DNA of 64,000 bases. Origin: a bacterium (GTDB lineage: Bacteria > Bacillota > Clostridia > Oscillospirales > Butyricicoccaceae). Below are positions 50,446 to 60,623 of this stretch, piece after piece (the first letter of the stretch is position 1; every line of letters begins with the position of its first letter). The notes beneath the pieces are model-generated. The model did not search any database and was not told the origin of the DNA. It saw only the letters and a list, made by a program, of their open reading frames with translations. The position numbers were made by a program, and so were the translations under genes. The DNA is taken from positions 60,649 through 124,648 of the forward strand of contig CAVCGL010000001.1 in the NCBI GenBank assembly GCA_963601915.1. The letters are read 5' to 3'.

Positions 50446-51171
50446 ATGTCTGTAATTTCTATGAAGCAGCTGCTGGAAGCTGGCGTACACTTTGGTCATC
50501 AGACCAGAAGATGGAACCCGAAAATGGCTCAGTACATTTTCACCGAGAGAAACGGTATCTACATTATCGATCTGCAGAAGACCGTAAAGAAGCTGGAGGA
50601 AGCTTACTTCTTCGTTCGTGATACCGCTGCTGCTGGCGAGTCCATTCTGTTCGTTGGCACCAAGAAGCAGGCTCAGGACGCTATCCGTGAGGAAGCTGAG
50701 CGCGCTGGTATGTTCTATGTAAACGCAAGATGGCTGGGCGGCATGCTGACCAACTTCACCACCATGCGTACCCGTATCGCTCGTCTGAACCAGCTGAAGA
50801 AGATGCAGGAAGACGGCACCTTCGATCTGCTGCCGAAGAAGGAAGTTATCAAGCTGCAGCTGGAGATCGCTAAGCTGGAGAAGTACCTGGGCGGCGTAAA
50901 GGACATGAAGAAGCTGCCGGGCGCTATGTTCGTTGTAGATCCGCGCAAGGAAAAGAACGCAATCGCTGAGGCTCGCAAGCTGAAGATTCCGGTAGTTGCT
51001 ATCGTTGATACCAACTGCGATCCGGACGAAGTTGATTACGTAATCCCGGGCAACGATGACGCAATCCGCGCTATCAAGCTGATCTCTGCTACCATGGCTA
51101 ACGCTGTACTGGAAGGCAAGCAGGGCGAGCAGCTGGCATCTGAGGAAGCTGAAGAGAAGGCTGCTGAGTAA
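50446..51171 (+). CDS. rpsB: 30S ribosomal protein S2
   Basis: [29 protein letters not shown] and the acidic C-terminus. Confidence 0.98.
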   Translation: MSVISMKQLLEAGVHFGHQTRRWNPKMAQYIFTERNGIYIIDLQKTVKKLEEAYFFVRDTAAAGESILFVGTKKQAQDAIREEAERAGMFYVNARWLGGMLTNFTTMRTRIARLNQLKKMQEDGTFDLLPKKEVIKLQLEIAKLEKYLGGVKDMKKLPGAMFVVDPRKEKNAIAEARKLKIPVVAIVDTNCDPDEVDYVIPGNDDAIRAIKLISATMANAVLEGKQGEQLASEEAEEKAAE

Positions 51172-51192
51172 TCTCTGATACAAAGCAAAAAG

Positions 51193-51228
51193 AAAAAGCC
51201 CGCCGCGTTGTTTCGGGCGGGCTTTTTT
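51193..51228 (+). terminator. Hairpin/terminator between rpsB and tsf
   Basis: AAAAAGCCCGCC-loop-GGCGGGCTTTTTT. Confidence 0.75.
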
Positions 51229-51268
51229 CACAAAAACGGAACGATTATATCTAGGAGGAATTTACACC

Positions 51269-52201
51269 ATGGCATTTTCTGCAAAGGATGTAAAGGCACT
51301 GCGCGAGCAGACCAATGTTGGTATGATGGATTGTAAGAAGGCACTGACCGAAGCTGACGGTGACTTCGACAAGGCAATTGAGATCCTGCGTGAGAAGGGT
51401 CTGGCTAAGGCTGCTAAGAAGGCTAGCCGCGTTGCTGCTGAGGGTATCGTAAGCATCGAGATCTGCGACAAGTGCGGCGCTGCTGCAATCGTAGAGGTTA
51501 ACTCTGAGACCGACTTCGTTGCAAAGAACGCTGACTTCCAGAAGTTTGCTTCTGACGTTGCTAAGGTTGTTATCGCTGAGAATCCGGCTGATCTGGAAGC
51601 TCTGAAGGCTGCTAAGATGGGCGACGTAACCGTAGAGGGCGCTCTGCAGGAGAAGGTTCTGACCATCGGTGAGAATCTGCAGATCCGTCGCTTCGAGCGT
51701 TACGACGAGAACACTGTAAACGTTGGTTACACCCATATGGGCGGCGTTATCGGCGTTCTGGTTGGTCTGGAAGTTTCCGACAACCTGAAGGGCAACCCGG
51801 CAGTTATCGAGCTGGGCAAGGACATCGGCATGCAGGCTGCTGCTATGCGTCCGCTGTTCATGGACAAGTCCGATGTTGACCAGGCTACTCTGGACAAGGA
51901 GAAGGAAATCCTGCTCATCCAGGCTACCGAGGAGAACAAGACCGCTGCTAAGCCGAAGCCGCAGCAGATCATCGAGAAGATGGTTATGGGCCGTATCGGC
52001 AAGTACTACGAGGAGAACTGCCTCCTGCAGCAGGCTTTCGTAAAGGAGAACAAGGTTTCCGTAGAGAAGCACATCGCTGCTGTTGCTAAGGAACTGGGCG
52101 GCTCCATCAAGCTGGTTAAGTACACTCGCTACGAGAAGGGCGAGGGCATCGAGAAGAAGCAGGACGACTTCGCAGCAGAAGTTGCTTCCATGGCTAAGTA
52201 A
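51269..52201 (+). CDS. tsf: Elongation factor Ts
   Basis: VKALREQTNVGMMDCKKAL UBA-like start and TDFVAKN. Confidence 0.98.
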   Translation: MAFSAKDVKALREQTNVGMMDCKKALTEADGDFDKAIEILREKGLAKAAKKASRVAAEGIVSIEICDKCGAAAIVEVNSETDFVAKNADFQKFASDVAKVVIAENPADLEALKAAKMGDVTVEGALQEKVLTIGENLQIRRFERYDENTVNVGYTHMGGVIGVLVGLEVSDNLKGNPAVIELGKDIGMQAAAMRPLFMDKSDVDQATLDKEKEILLIQATEENKTAAKPKPQQIIEKMVMGRIGKYYEENCLLQQAFVKENKVSVEKHIAAVAKELGGSIKLVKYTRYEKGEGIEKKQDDFAAEVASMAK

Positions 52202-52222
52202 TCTCAATACAGCGTCATTTTT

Positions 52223-52253
52223 CAGCCCCTGCTTTGGGCAGGGGCTGTCTTTC
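52223..52253 (+). terminator. Terminator after tsf
   Basis: CAGCCCCTGC-TTTGG-GCAGGGGCTG followed by TCTTTC. Confidence 0.75.
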
Positions 52254-52323
52254 AACGAAAACAATTCACTCAGTTGCGGTTTAATCTACTAAAGTATACA
52301 CTGGGCGAGAGAGGAGAACGACA

Positions 52324-53298
52324 ATGGCACCACAGAAAGGCAATTTGATGACCTTCCGCGAAGATGTCCGCGTGCTGGACTGCACCATTCGTGATGGAGG
52401 ACTGTGTAACGATTTCCGCTTTACCGATGATTTTGTTCGCGATTTGTACCAGACCAATCTGGCAACTGGTACGGACTATATGGAGTTCGGTTATAAGGCT
52501 TCCGTTGATCTGTTTAAGCCGGAGGATTTTGGCAAGTGGAAGTTCTGCAACGATGAGGACATTTATAACATTGTTGGTGACAACGACACCAATATGAAGA
52601 TCTCTGTCATGGCAGACGTCGGACGTACCGATTACAAGCGCGACATTCGTGAGAGAAGCAATAGCCCGGTAGATCTGGTGCGTGTGGCAACGTATGTCAA
52701 AACCATTCCGGCAGCGATTGATATGATCGAGCACTGTGCAAAGATGGGATATGAGACCACCTGCAACGTCATGGCGGTAACGCAGGCGCGTCGGGAAGAT
52801 TTGCTCGAAGCATTGGAACTGCTCGGCAAGTCTCCGATTCATACCGTGTACATCGTAGACAGCTATGGCTCTCTATATCCGGAGGAAATTCGTGATATTT
52901 CGGATATGTATCTGGAAAAGATGGACAAGTACGGCAAACAGGTTGGTATTCATGCACACAATAACATGCAGCTTGCGTTTGCCAATACCATTACCGCTTG
53001 TGCCAATGGCGTCAGCATGTTGGATGCAACGATGAACGGTATGGGCCGCGGTGCCGGCAACTGCATGATGGAGCAGCTCATGACATTCCTGCGCAATCCG
53101 AAATATCAGCTGCCGCCGGTTTTGCGCTTTGTTGAACAGCATATGGATAAATTGCGCGAGGAAGGCGTCAAGTGGGGCTATGATACGCCGTACCTGCTGA
53201 CCGGTTACATGGACATGCATCCGCGCACAGCAATTGCATTTACCAAGGATAATCGTCATGATTATGCCAATTATTTTGCTAATTTGGGTCACGAATAA
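52324..53298 (+). CDS. HMGL-like (DRE-TIM metallolyase) aldolase-family protein
   Basis: AGGAGAA RBS. VLDCTIRDGG, VGIHAHNNMQLAFANT and MNGMGRGAGN are motifs of the pyruvate-carboxyltransferase/aldolase fold. Substrate unknown. Confidence 0.72.
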   Translation: MAPQKGNLMTFREDVRVLDCTIRDGGLCNDFRFTDDFVRDLYQTNLATGTDYMEFGYKASVDLFKPEDFGKWKFCNDEDIYNIVGDNDTNMKISVMADVGRTDYKRDIRERSNSPVDLVRVATYVKTIPAAIDMIEHCAKMGYETTCNVMAVTQARREDLLEALELLGKSPIHTVYIVDSYGSLYPEEIRDISDMYLEKMDKYGKQVGIHAHNNMQLAFANTITACANGVSMLDATMNGMGRGAGNCMMEQLMTFLRNPKYQLPPVLRFVEQHMDKLREEGVKWGYDTPYLLTGYMDMHPRTAIAFTKDNRHDYANYFANLGHE

Positions 53299-53313
53299 AC
53301 AAAATATATATCT

Positions 53314-53346
53314 ACTGCCGTCAGTTTTGCCTGACGGCAGTTTTTT
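53314..53346 (+). terminator. Terminator after the aldolase-family gene
   Basis: ACTGCCGTCAG-TTTTGC-CTGACGGCAGT followed by TTTTT. Confidence 0.85.
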
Positions 53347-53456
53347 GTGCCAATAAACAGAAAATTTAATAATTTTCTTCTAGCTATTGTGCAAGATGAA
53401 AATTTAAGATATAATAATGTCACTATACATCGGAAAGTAGGGAGGAGGGAAAGGCT

Positions 53457-54341
53457 GTGACATTAAGGAATTTGCGTATTTTTCTGGCGGTTGCCGATTG
53501 CGGCAGTATGAGCGAGGCTGCGAAGAAGATGCATATTGCACAGCCGTCTGTCAGTGGCACAATCAGCGAAATTGAAGAGCAGTATCAGGTGCGGCTGTTT
53601 GAAAGACTGGGCAGAAGGTTATATATTACACCGACCGGCGAGCAGCTGTGTGAATATGCACGGCATATCTTGTCCACATTTGATAATATGGAGCAGCGTC
53701 TGCACAATGCAGACAACACGGATATGCTTCGCATTGGCGCAACGGTAACCGTAGGAACTTGTATTTTAGGGGATGTACTCAATCAGTATATCGGGGAGAC
53801 GGGAAATCCGGCTCCGCGGGTGCTCGTAGACAATACGCAGGCCATTGAGCAGCAGCTGCTCAAGAGTGAATTGGATGCAGCGATCGTCGAGGGAAAGATT
53901 TCCAGTCCGGATCTCGTCACGCAGTTTATGATGAATGATCCGTTAGCACTGGTATGTGCGGCAGATCATAATCCGTTTGGGGAGCGTCGGTGCGTCAGCA
54001 TGGCGGAATTGCGGAATATTCCGTTTATTTTGCGCGAGAAAGGCAGCGGCACCCGAGAGGTATTTGAGAGTGCAATGCCGAATATCAACGCCCAGTGGGT
54101 CTGTAACAACAGCGAGGCGATTTTGCATGGCGTGGAACAGGGATTTGGCATGACGGTGATTTCGCGTCGATTGGCAGAGAAGCGGCTGGAAAACGGCTCA
54201 CTGCTGGAACTGCACGTGACGGATATGTCGCTGGAACGAGAATTTTCCGTGGTTTGGCACAAAAACAAATATAAGAGCACCAGCTTGCAGCAGTTTATTG
54301 ATACCAGCATTCAATATGGATTGCAGCTGGAGCATAGCTAA
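53457..54341 (+). CDS. LysR-family transcriptional regulator
   Basis: GTG start after GGGAGGAGGG. HTH LRIFLAVADCGSMSEAAKKMHIAQPSVSGTISEIE, then a substrate-binding domain. Confidence 0.9.
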   Translation: MTLRNLRIFLAVADCGSMSEAAKKMHIAQPSVSGTISEIEEQYQVRLFERLGRRLYITPTGEQLCEYARHILSTFDNMEQRLHNADNTDMLRIGATVTVGTCILGDVLNQYIGETGNPAPRVLVDNTQAIEQQLLKSELDAAIVEGKISSPDLVTQFMMNDPLALVCAADHNPFGERRCVSMAELRNIPFILREKGSGTREVFESAMPNINAQWVCNNSEAILHGVEQGFGMTVISRRLAEKRLENGSLLELHVTDMSLEREFSVVWHKNKYKSTSLQQFIDTSIQYGLQLEHS

Positions 54342-54380
54342 AAACAGTCTCCTTCCCGTGCGGGAAGGAGACTGTTTCTT
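54342..54380. terminator. Bidirectional terminator (LysR gene / PPK2 gene)
   Basis: AACAGTCTCCTTCCC-GTGC-GGGAAGGAGACTGTT, a perfect 15-bp stem. Confidence 0.88.
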
Positions 54381-54386
54381 GTCAGA

Positions 54387-55865
54387 TTAAATTCTTGCTT
54401 CAATGGCATCATTGAGCGTTTGAATCGCTTTGATGCGTCCAAATTTCTTGTCCTGCGATTCGACAATCGTCCACGGTGCATATTCCGTAGAGGTCAGACG
54501 AATCATATCGTTGACGGCGATTTCATATTGATCCCATTTTTCACGGTTGCGCCAGTCCTCGTCGGTAATTTTCCACTGCTTTTCCGGCGTGTTTTGCCGT
54601 TCGGTAAATCGGCGCAGCTGCTCGTCCGAATCAATGTGCAGCCAGAACTTGATGAGGATCGCGCCCCACTTTTGCAGCTCGTATTCAAATTCGTTGATTT
54701 CCTGATACGCGCGCTTCCACTCTTCTTCGGTACAGAAGCCCTCCAAGCGCTCTACCATGACACGGCCGTACCACGTGCGGTCAAATACCGTGATGTGTCC
54801 ATCTTCCGGCAGATGCTGCCAGAATCGCCAGAGATGATTGTGCGCCTTTTCTGTCGGTGTCGGAGAGGCGATGGGGACAACTTCGTATCCTCGCGGGTCA
54901 AGTGCTGCGGTCAGGCGTTTGATATTGCCGCCTTTTCCGGCAGCATCCCAGCCTTCATAGGCAATGACAATCGGGATGCGCTTGCGATACACGATGTTGT
55001 GCAGCTTGGCGAGCTTTTTTTGCTCCTTGCGCAGCATCGAACGATAGGCATCTTCATCAATCGAACGATACAATGGAACATCTTCGAGCAGAGGCTTTTT
55101 GACGAGATGGAACGTGTGCATCTGGGCATGATATTCCGAGGGAATAATCACCTTTTTCTCGTCCAGCGCGCAGCGAATAGACTGAACAATGATTTGATAG
55201 ATTTCATTCATGGCACTGCGCCGCTCCTGCGCACTGATGACATGCCAAGGGGCAAATACGGTATTGGTCTTTTCTAACATCTCATCGTAAACACGATAGT
55301 ATTCCTTGTAGTGCTTGTTGCGGTATTGGTCGCGTTCTGTGACACGCCAACGGGTGTTTTTGCTTCGCATGAGCTTTTCCTGCCGATGCGCTTGTTCTTT
55401 GGCAGAGATATGCAGGAAGAACTTGATAATCAGATAGCCGTCCTGTGACAGCTGCCGTTCAAATGTGTTGATGCTTTCCATGCGGCTGTAGGCTTCGTCT
55501 ACGGAGAGTCCGTCTTCTAAACGGGCGCGCGAGACCTCTGGGTACCAGCTCTCGTCAAAGATTGCCATTTGCCCGCGCTCCGGCGTGCGGCGCCAATGCC
55601 GCCATAAAAATGGATAGCGCAGCTCTTCCGGTGTAGGATCCTTGGTGTTGTAGACCTTGAAAAAGCGAGGATCCAAGGTTTGAATCATGCTGGCAATCAT
55701 GCTTCCTTTGCCGGAAGAATCCCAACCTTCAAATAGAACAATGACAGGCAGCTTGCTTTCTTTCATGCGGTGCTGAAGCTGCGCCAGCTCGCCGCGCACC
55801 TCTCGCGTTTCCAAACGGTATTCCACATCCGTCATGTGTCTGTTGAAATCAATGTGATTCAGCAT
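54387..55865 (-). CDS. Two-domain polyphosphate kinase 2 (polyphosphate:AMP/ADP phosphotransferase type)
   Basis: AAAGGAGGG RBS. Two PPK2 repeats with Walker A motifs FEGWDSSGKG and YEGWDAAGKG. Confidence 0.88.
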   Translation of the reverse strand: MLNHIDFNRHMTDVEYRLETREVRGELAQLQHRMKESKLPVIVLFEGWDSSGKGSMIASMIQTLDPRFFKVYNTKDPTPEELRYPFLWRHWRRTPERGQMAIFDESWYPEVSRARLEDGLSVDEAYSRMESINTFERQLSQDGYLIIKFFLHISAKEQAHRQEKLMRSKNTRWRVTERDQYRNKHYKEYYRVYDEMLEKTNTVFAPWHVISAQERRSAMNEIYQIIVQSIRCALDEKKVIIPSEYHAQMHTFHLVKKPLLEDVPLYRSIDEDAYRSMLRKEQKKLAKLHNIVYRKRIPIVIAYEGWDAAGKGGNIKRLTAALDPRGYEVVPIASPTPTEKAHNHLWRFWQHLPEDGHITVFDRTWYGRVMVERLEGFCTEEEWKRAYQEINEFEYELQKWGAILIKFWLHIDSDEQLRRFTERQNTPEKQWKITDEDWRNREKWDQYEIAVNDMIRLTSTEYAPWTIVESQDKKFGRIKAIQTLNDAIEARI

Positions 55866-56008
55866 GAAATCCCTCCTTTGTGCTTGCGTGTAACAAATAG
55901 AATGATTCTTATTATAGCATAGTTTGCAAAGAAATGCATCTGCTATTCATAAAGCGCCAAGAAGAGGAGAAAAAGAAAAAGTTACCTGCAAAAAACAGGG
56001 GGAAATAC

Positions 56009-56038
56009 TTGACAGGCAGTGTTGAAGTTTGGTACTAT
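56009..56038 (+). promoter_or_regulatory. Sigma-A type promoter TTGACA-18-TACTAT for the Fur-family gene
   Basis: Hexamers at 56009-56014 and 56033-56038. Confidence 0.55.
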
Positions 56039-56091
56039 ATAAATATAAAAATGATTCCTGTTTTTAATGTCGTCGAAGGAGGTGTTGCCTG

Positions 56092-56499
56092 ATGAAATAT
56101 TCCAGACAGAGAGAGCTTGTGCGCGAGGCTGTGGAGAAATCTTCGATCCATCCGACTGCGGATGAGGTGTACCAAGAAGTGCGAAAGCGAGAGCCGACAA
56201 TTAGTTTAGCAACGGTTTACCGCAATCTCAACCAGCTTTCTGAAAATCACCTGATTCGACGTGTTGTCGTTCCGGGAGATTCGGATCATTTCGATCATAC
56301 GTTAAAAGAGCATGAGCATATGATTTGCACCCAATGCGGATGTGTGGTGGATATTTGGCCGAAATCATCGCTTTGGGAGTACTTTTCCGGTATGGAAGAA
56401 GCACAAATCACAGGATATGACTTGACCTTGTATGGAATCTGCAAAGATTGTGCACAGAAACAGTCTGATGCAGCGGAGAAACTGACACAGCAAGAGTAA
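56092..56499 (+). CDS. Fur-family metalloregulator (Fur/PerR/Zur not distinguishable here)
   Basis: GGAGGTG RBS. HPTADEVY...ISLATVYRNL HTH, HFDH...HEHMICTQCG and a C-terminal CKDC. Confidence 0.88.
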   Translation: MKYSRQRELVREAVEKSSIHPTADEVYQEVRKREPTISLATVYRNLNQLSENHLIRRVVVPGDSDHFDHTLKEHEHMICTQCGCVVDIWPKSSLWEYFSGMEEAQITGYDLTLYGICKDCAQKQSDAAEKLTQQE

Positions 56500-56501
56500 A
56501 T

Positions 56502-56532
56502 AAAAGACAGGTGTGTTCCACCTGTCTTTTTT
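56502..56532 (+). terminator. Terminator after the Fur-family gene
   Basis: AAAAGACAGGTG-TGTT-CCACCTGTCTTTTTT. Confidence 0.85.
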
Positions 56533-56569
56533 CGTATAGCAAAGAATTGTCAAACCTATGTAAAATACA

Positions 56570-56598
56570 TTGCGATATAAAAATAAATTTGGTATAAT
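56570..56598 (+). promoter_or_regulatory. Extended -10 promoter TTGCGA-17-TGGTATAAT for pfkA
   Basis: -35 hexamer at 56570-56575, TG at 56590-56591 and TATAAT at 56593-56598. Confidence 0.65.
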
Positions 56599-56679
56599 AA
56601 ACATATTACCAGTGGCCAATAGAGAGAAGAATGGCGGGCTGAGTAAAAAAGAATGGGACTTGTAGAAGGAGGAAACAGC

Positions 56680-57840
56680 ATGAAACGAATTGGTATGCTG
56701 ACGAGCGGCGGCGATTGTCAAGGTCTGAACTCGACCCTGCGCGGCGTTGCAAAAGCTTTGTATGAGGAATACGGCAAGGAAGTAGAAATCTACGGCTTTA
56801 AGGATGGATACAAGGGACTCATTCAGGGAGAATACCGCCTGATGTCTCCGGGCGATTTTTCCGGTATTTTGACGATTGGCGGCACCATTCTCGGCACATC
56901 GCGTCAGCCGTTTAAGAATATGCGGGATAAAGATGAAAATGGCGTCGATAAAGTCACCAAGATGATAAAGACCTATCAGGATATGCAGCTGGATTGCTTG
57001 GTTATCCTTGGCGGCAACGGCACGACAAAGACTGCCAATTTGCTGCGCGAAGAGGGCTTGAATATTATTTCTCTGCCGAAAACCATTGACAACGATCTGT
57101 GGGGCACAGAGGTTACGTTTGGCTATCAGACTGCCATGGACATCGCAACGGATGTACTGGATAAGGTGCATTCGACCGCGACATCGCACAGCCGTGTGTT
57201 CCTCGTAGAGATTATGGGACACGGTGCCGGCTGGCTGACCTTGAGCGCAGGCATTGCAGGCGGCGCGGATATTATTCTGATTCCGGAAATTCCGTATGAT
57301 TTGGACGCCGTTGTCAACAAGCTGGAAGAGCGCCGGAAGAATGGCCATGCGTTCAGTATCGTTGCTGTGGCAGAAGGCGCAGTTACCAAGGAAGAAGCCA
57401 AGATGTCCAAAAAGGAATTCAAGGCAGAGCGTGCGAAAATGACGGATCCGTCCATCAGCTTCAAGCTGGCTCGTGAGCTGGGCGAGAGATGCGGACAGGA
57501 GATTCGCGTGGTGAACCCGGGACATATTCAGCGCGGCGGCGGTCCGGATGCATATGACCGCATTTTGACGACTCGTCTGGGCACTGGCGCTGCACGCCTG
57601 ATTAAGCACAAACAGTATGGCAATATGGTAGCGATCCGCAACAATGAAATTGTTGCCGTTCCGCTCAGCGAGGTTGCTGGAAAGCTCAAGACGGTGCCGG
57701 TAGATAACGATCTGGTACAGGCAGCACGCGATATTGGCATCAGCTTCGGCGATGAGAGCCCGGAAAAGGAAAAGAAGAAGGATAAGAAAAAAGATAAAGA
57801 GAAAAAGGACAAAGAAAAGAAGGAAGAGAAAAAAGACTAA
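56680..57840 (+). CDS. pfkA: 6-phosphofructokinase (PfkA family) with Lys/Glu/Asp-rich C-terminal tail
   Basis: GAAGGAGGAA RBS and ATG 56680. IGMLTSGGDCQGLN, LGGNGT, PKTIDNDL and EIMGHGAGW. Phosphoryl donor (ATP vs PPi) not assignable by eye. Confidence 0.9.
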   Translation: MKRIGMLTSGGDCQGLNSTLRGVAKALYEEYGKEVEIYGFKDGYKGLIQGEYRLMSPGDFSGILTIGGTILGTSRQPFKNMRDKDENGVDKVTKMIKTYQDMQLDCLVILGGNGTTKTANLLREEGLNIISLPKTIDNDLWGTEVTFGYQTAMDIATDVLDKVHSTATSHSRVFLVEIMGHGAGWLTLSAGIAGGADIILIPEIPYDLDAVVNKLEERRKNGHAFSIVAVAEGAVTKEEAKMSKKEFKAERAKMTDPSISFKLARELGERCGQEIRVVNPGHIQRGGGPDAYDRILTTRLGTGAARLIKHKQYGNMVAIRNNEIVAVPLSEVAGKLKTVPVDNDLVQAARDIGISFGDESPEKEKKKDKKKDKEKKDKEKKEEKKD

Positions 57841-57909
57841 TTTTTAGCAATACACAAGGGCTGTCCGGTACGGATAGCCCTTTGTTCTTGACAGAAAAGG
57901 AGAAACATA

Positions 57910-58692
57910 GTGAGAGTAGCATTGATGCAGCTTCATGTCAGCAGCGAAGAGACGATGGCACAGCGCTGGGAACGGGCAGAACGGATGTTATCCCAGGTAA
58001 TAGATCAATCGGTAGATTTGATTGTACTGCCGGAATTATGGCGTGTCGGCTTTTCCAACTTTGCGCAGTATGGGGAAGCAGCAGAGCCATTGCAGGGAGA
58101 AACACAGCTTCGCTTGGCATGGTGGGCGCGCAAATTAAATGCGCATATTGTCACGGGCAGTTTTATAGAAAAGCAAGCGCAACGGTTGTATAACACGACG
58201 ATGCTGTTGGACAACAACGGAACCTGCATGGGAAGCTATCGGAAAATCCATTTGTTTGGATATGACTCGCAGGAACAGCAGCTGCTGACAGCGGGAGATA
58301 CGACCAGCGAAATACGGACACCGTACGGTGTATTCGGTTTGGCAACCTGTTATGATCTGCGGTTTCCCGAGCAGTTTCGCCGGATGGTATCTCAGGGTAC
58401 CCAAGCGTTTTTGATTTGTGCCGCCTGGCCAAAAGTACGAATTGAGGATTGGAAACTGTTTTGCCGAGCCCGCGCATTGGAAAACCAGAGCTTTTTACTC
58501 GCCTGCAATACCTGCGGGACATGGAACGGCGAGGAAGGCGGCGGACACAGCGTGATTGTCTCGCCGGAGGGCAGAATTTTGGCACAGGCAGGAGAGGCGG
58601 AAGAACTTCTATTGGCGGATATTGATTTGCAGGAAGTGGAGCATTTTCGTGCACGATTTCCTGCATTGCATGACCGCGTTTACATGTCTTAA
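57910..58692 (+). CDS. Carbon-nitrogen hydrolase (nitrilase superfamily) protein
   Basis: AAAGGAGAA RBS and GTG 57910. E-K-C triad contexts LPELW, YRKIHLF and LATCYDLRFPE. Confidence 0.85.
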   Translation: MRVALMQLHVSSEETMAQRWERAERMLSQVIDQSVDLIVLPELWRVGFSNFAQYGEAAEPLQGETQLRLAWWARKLNAHIVTGSFIEKQAQRLYNTTMLLDNNGTCMGSYRKIHLFGYDSQEQQLLTAGDTTSEIRTPYGVFGLATCYDLRFPEQFRRMVSQGTQAFLICAAWPKVRIEDWKLFCRARALENQSFLLACNTCGTWNGEEGGGHSVIVSPEGRILAQAGEAEELLLADIDLQEVEHFRARFPALHDRVYMS

Positions 58693-58935
58693 ATCTTTAT
58701 GTGAAAATCGACGGGATTTTTGAGAAATTTTGGCACCGAAAACGCGGAAAGTATACCATGTTTACACATATACCAGAAGAAAAAACGAGATAATTGTGAG
58801 AAATGCCGATTCTTTCCGTGTTTTTCGAGTAATTTAAGAGGTTTTTCATATTGACATTTTCTCGCTGGTTAGATAACATTAGATCAACAGGATTTATACC
58901 TAATATAAATTTTTCAGGAAAGAGGTTGAACTAAG

Positions 58936-60540
58936 ATGGCATCTATTGATTTGAGCAAATATGGCATCAGTGGCGCTACCGAAATCGTTTACAATCCTTC
59001 TTACGAACTGCTGTTTGAAGAGGAGACCAAGGAAGGTCTGTCTGGCTATGAAATTGGCAAGCTGACCGAGCTGGACGCTGTAAACGTTATGACTGGTATT
59101 TACACCGGTCGTTCCCCGAAGGACAAGTTCATCGTAATGGATGACAACTCCAAGGACACTGTATGGTGGACTTCTGACGAGTACAAGAACGACAACCATC
59201 CGGCATCTCAGGAAGCTTGGAAGGCTGTAAAGGATCTCGCAGTAAAGGAACTGTCCAACAAGAGACTGTTTGTTGTTGATGCATTCTGCGGCGCAAACAA
59301 GGATACCCGTATGGCAATCCGTTTCATCGTAGAAGTAGCTTGGCAGGCACACTTTGTTACCAACATGTTCATCAAGCCGACCGCTGAAGAGCTTGAGAAC
59401 TTTGAGCCGGACTTCGTTGTTTACAACGCTTCCAAGGCTAAGGTTGAGAACTACAAGGAACTGGGTCTGAACTCTGAGACCGCAGTAGTCTTCAACATCA
59501 CCAGCCGTGAGCAGGTTATCATCAACACCTGGTACGGCGGCGAGATGAAGAAGGGTATGTTCTCCATGATGAACTACTACCTGCCGCTGAAGGGCATCGC
59601 TTCCATGCATTGCTCTGCAAATACCGACCTGAACGGTGAGAACACCGCAATCTTCTTCGGTCTGTCCGGTACCGGTAAGACCACCCTGTCCACCGACCCG
59701 AAGCGCCTGCTGATCGGCGACGACGAGCACGGCTGGGACGACAACGGCGTGTTCAACTTCGAGGGCGGCTGCTACGCAAAGGTTATCAACCTGGATAAGG
59801 AATCCGAGCCGGACATCTACAACGCAATCCGTCGTGACGCTCTGCTGGAGAACGTTACTGTTGCTGAGGATGGCAAGATCGACTTCGCTGATAAGAGCGT
59901 AACCGAGAACACTCGTGTATCTTACCCGATTGACCATATCCAGAACATTGTTCGCCCGATTTCTTCTGCACCGGCAGCTAAGAACGTTATCTTCCTGTCC
60001 GCAGACGCATTCGGCGTACTGCCGCCGGTTTCTGTACTGACTCCGGAGCAGACCCAGTACTACTTCCTGTCTGGCTTCACCGCTAAGCTGGCTGGTACCG
60101 AGCGCGGCATCACTGAGCCGACCCCGACCTTCTCTGCTTGCTTCGGTCAGGCATTCCTGGAACTGCATCCGACCAAGTATGCAGAAGAGCTGGTTAAGAA
60201 GATGGAGAAGAGCGGCGCAAAGGCTTACCTCGTTAACACTGGCTGGAATGGTTCCGGCAAGCGTATCTCCATCAAGGATACCCGTGGCATCATTGATGCA
60301 ATCCTGAACGGCGACATCAAGACTGCTCCGACCAAGACCATCCCGTACTTCAACTTTGAAGTTCCGACCGAACTGCCGGGCGTTGATTCTGGCATTCTGG
60401 ATCCGCGCGATACCTACGCTGATGCTTCCGAGTGGGATGCAAAGGCAAAGGATCTGGCTGGCAGATTCATCAAGAACTTTGCTAAGTATGAAGGCAACGA
60501 GGCTGGCAAGGCTCTGGTTGCAGCTGGCCCGCAGCTCTAA
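58936..60540 (+). CDS. pckA: Phosphoenolpyruvate carboxykinase (ATP)
   Basis: [32 protein letters not shown] and [17 protein letters not shown]. Confidence 0.97.
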   Translation: MASIDLSKYGISGATEIVYNPSYELLFEEETKEGLSGYEIGKLTELDAVNVMTGIYTGRSPKDKFIVMDDNSKDTVWWTSDEYKNDNHPASQEAWKAVKDLAVKELSNKRLFVVDAFCGANKDTRMAIRFIVEVAWQAHFVTNMFIKPTAEELENFEPDFVVYNASKAKVENYKELGLNSETAVVFNITSREQVIINTWYGGEMKKGMFSMMNYYLPLKGIASMHCSANTDLNGENTAIFFGLSGTGKTTLSTDPKRLLIGDDEHGWDDNGVFNFEGGCYAKVINLDKESEPDIYNAIRRDALLENVTVAEDGKIDFADKSVTENTRVSYPIDHIQNIVRPISSAPAAKNVIFLSADAFGVLPPVSVLTPEQTQYYFLSGFTAKLAGTERGITEPTPTFSACFGQAFLELHPTKYAEELVKKMEKSGAKAYLVNTGWNGSGKRISIKDTRGIIDAILNGDIKTAPTKTIPYFNFEVPTELPGVDSGILDPRDTYADASEWDAKAKDLAGRFIKNFAKYEGNEAGKALVAAGPQL

Positions 60541-60578
60541 TCAGCTGACGAGAAAGCTCGTACTACATAAAAAACACA

Positions 60579-60623
60579 ACAGCGAGATTGCTGATCGTTC
60601 GATCAGCGATCCCGCTGTTTTTT
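60579..60623. terminator. Bidirectional terminator (pckA / radical-SAM gene)
   Basis: ACAGCGAGATTGCTGATCG / CGATCAGCGATCCCGCTGT (17 of 19 positions pair) followed by T6. Overlaps the stop codon of the minus-strand gene. Confidence 0.8.

Noticed and set aside
58700-58715. cre-like TGTGAAAATCGACGGG upstream of pckA
   Set aside because: It does not fit TGNAANCGNWNNCW in any register, because the central CG is misplaced.
58731-58746. Sigma-54-like TGGCAC-N7-CGC upstream of pckA
   Set aside because: The GC of the -12 element is one nt out of register with the TGGCAC-N5-TTGC spacing, the TTGC is not present, and no enhancer-binding protein gene is nearby.
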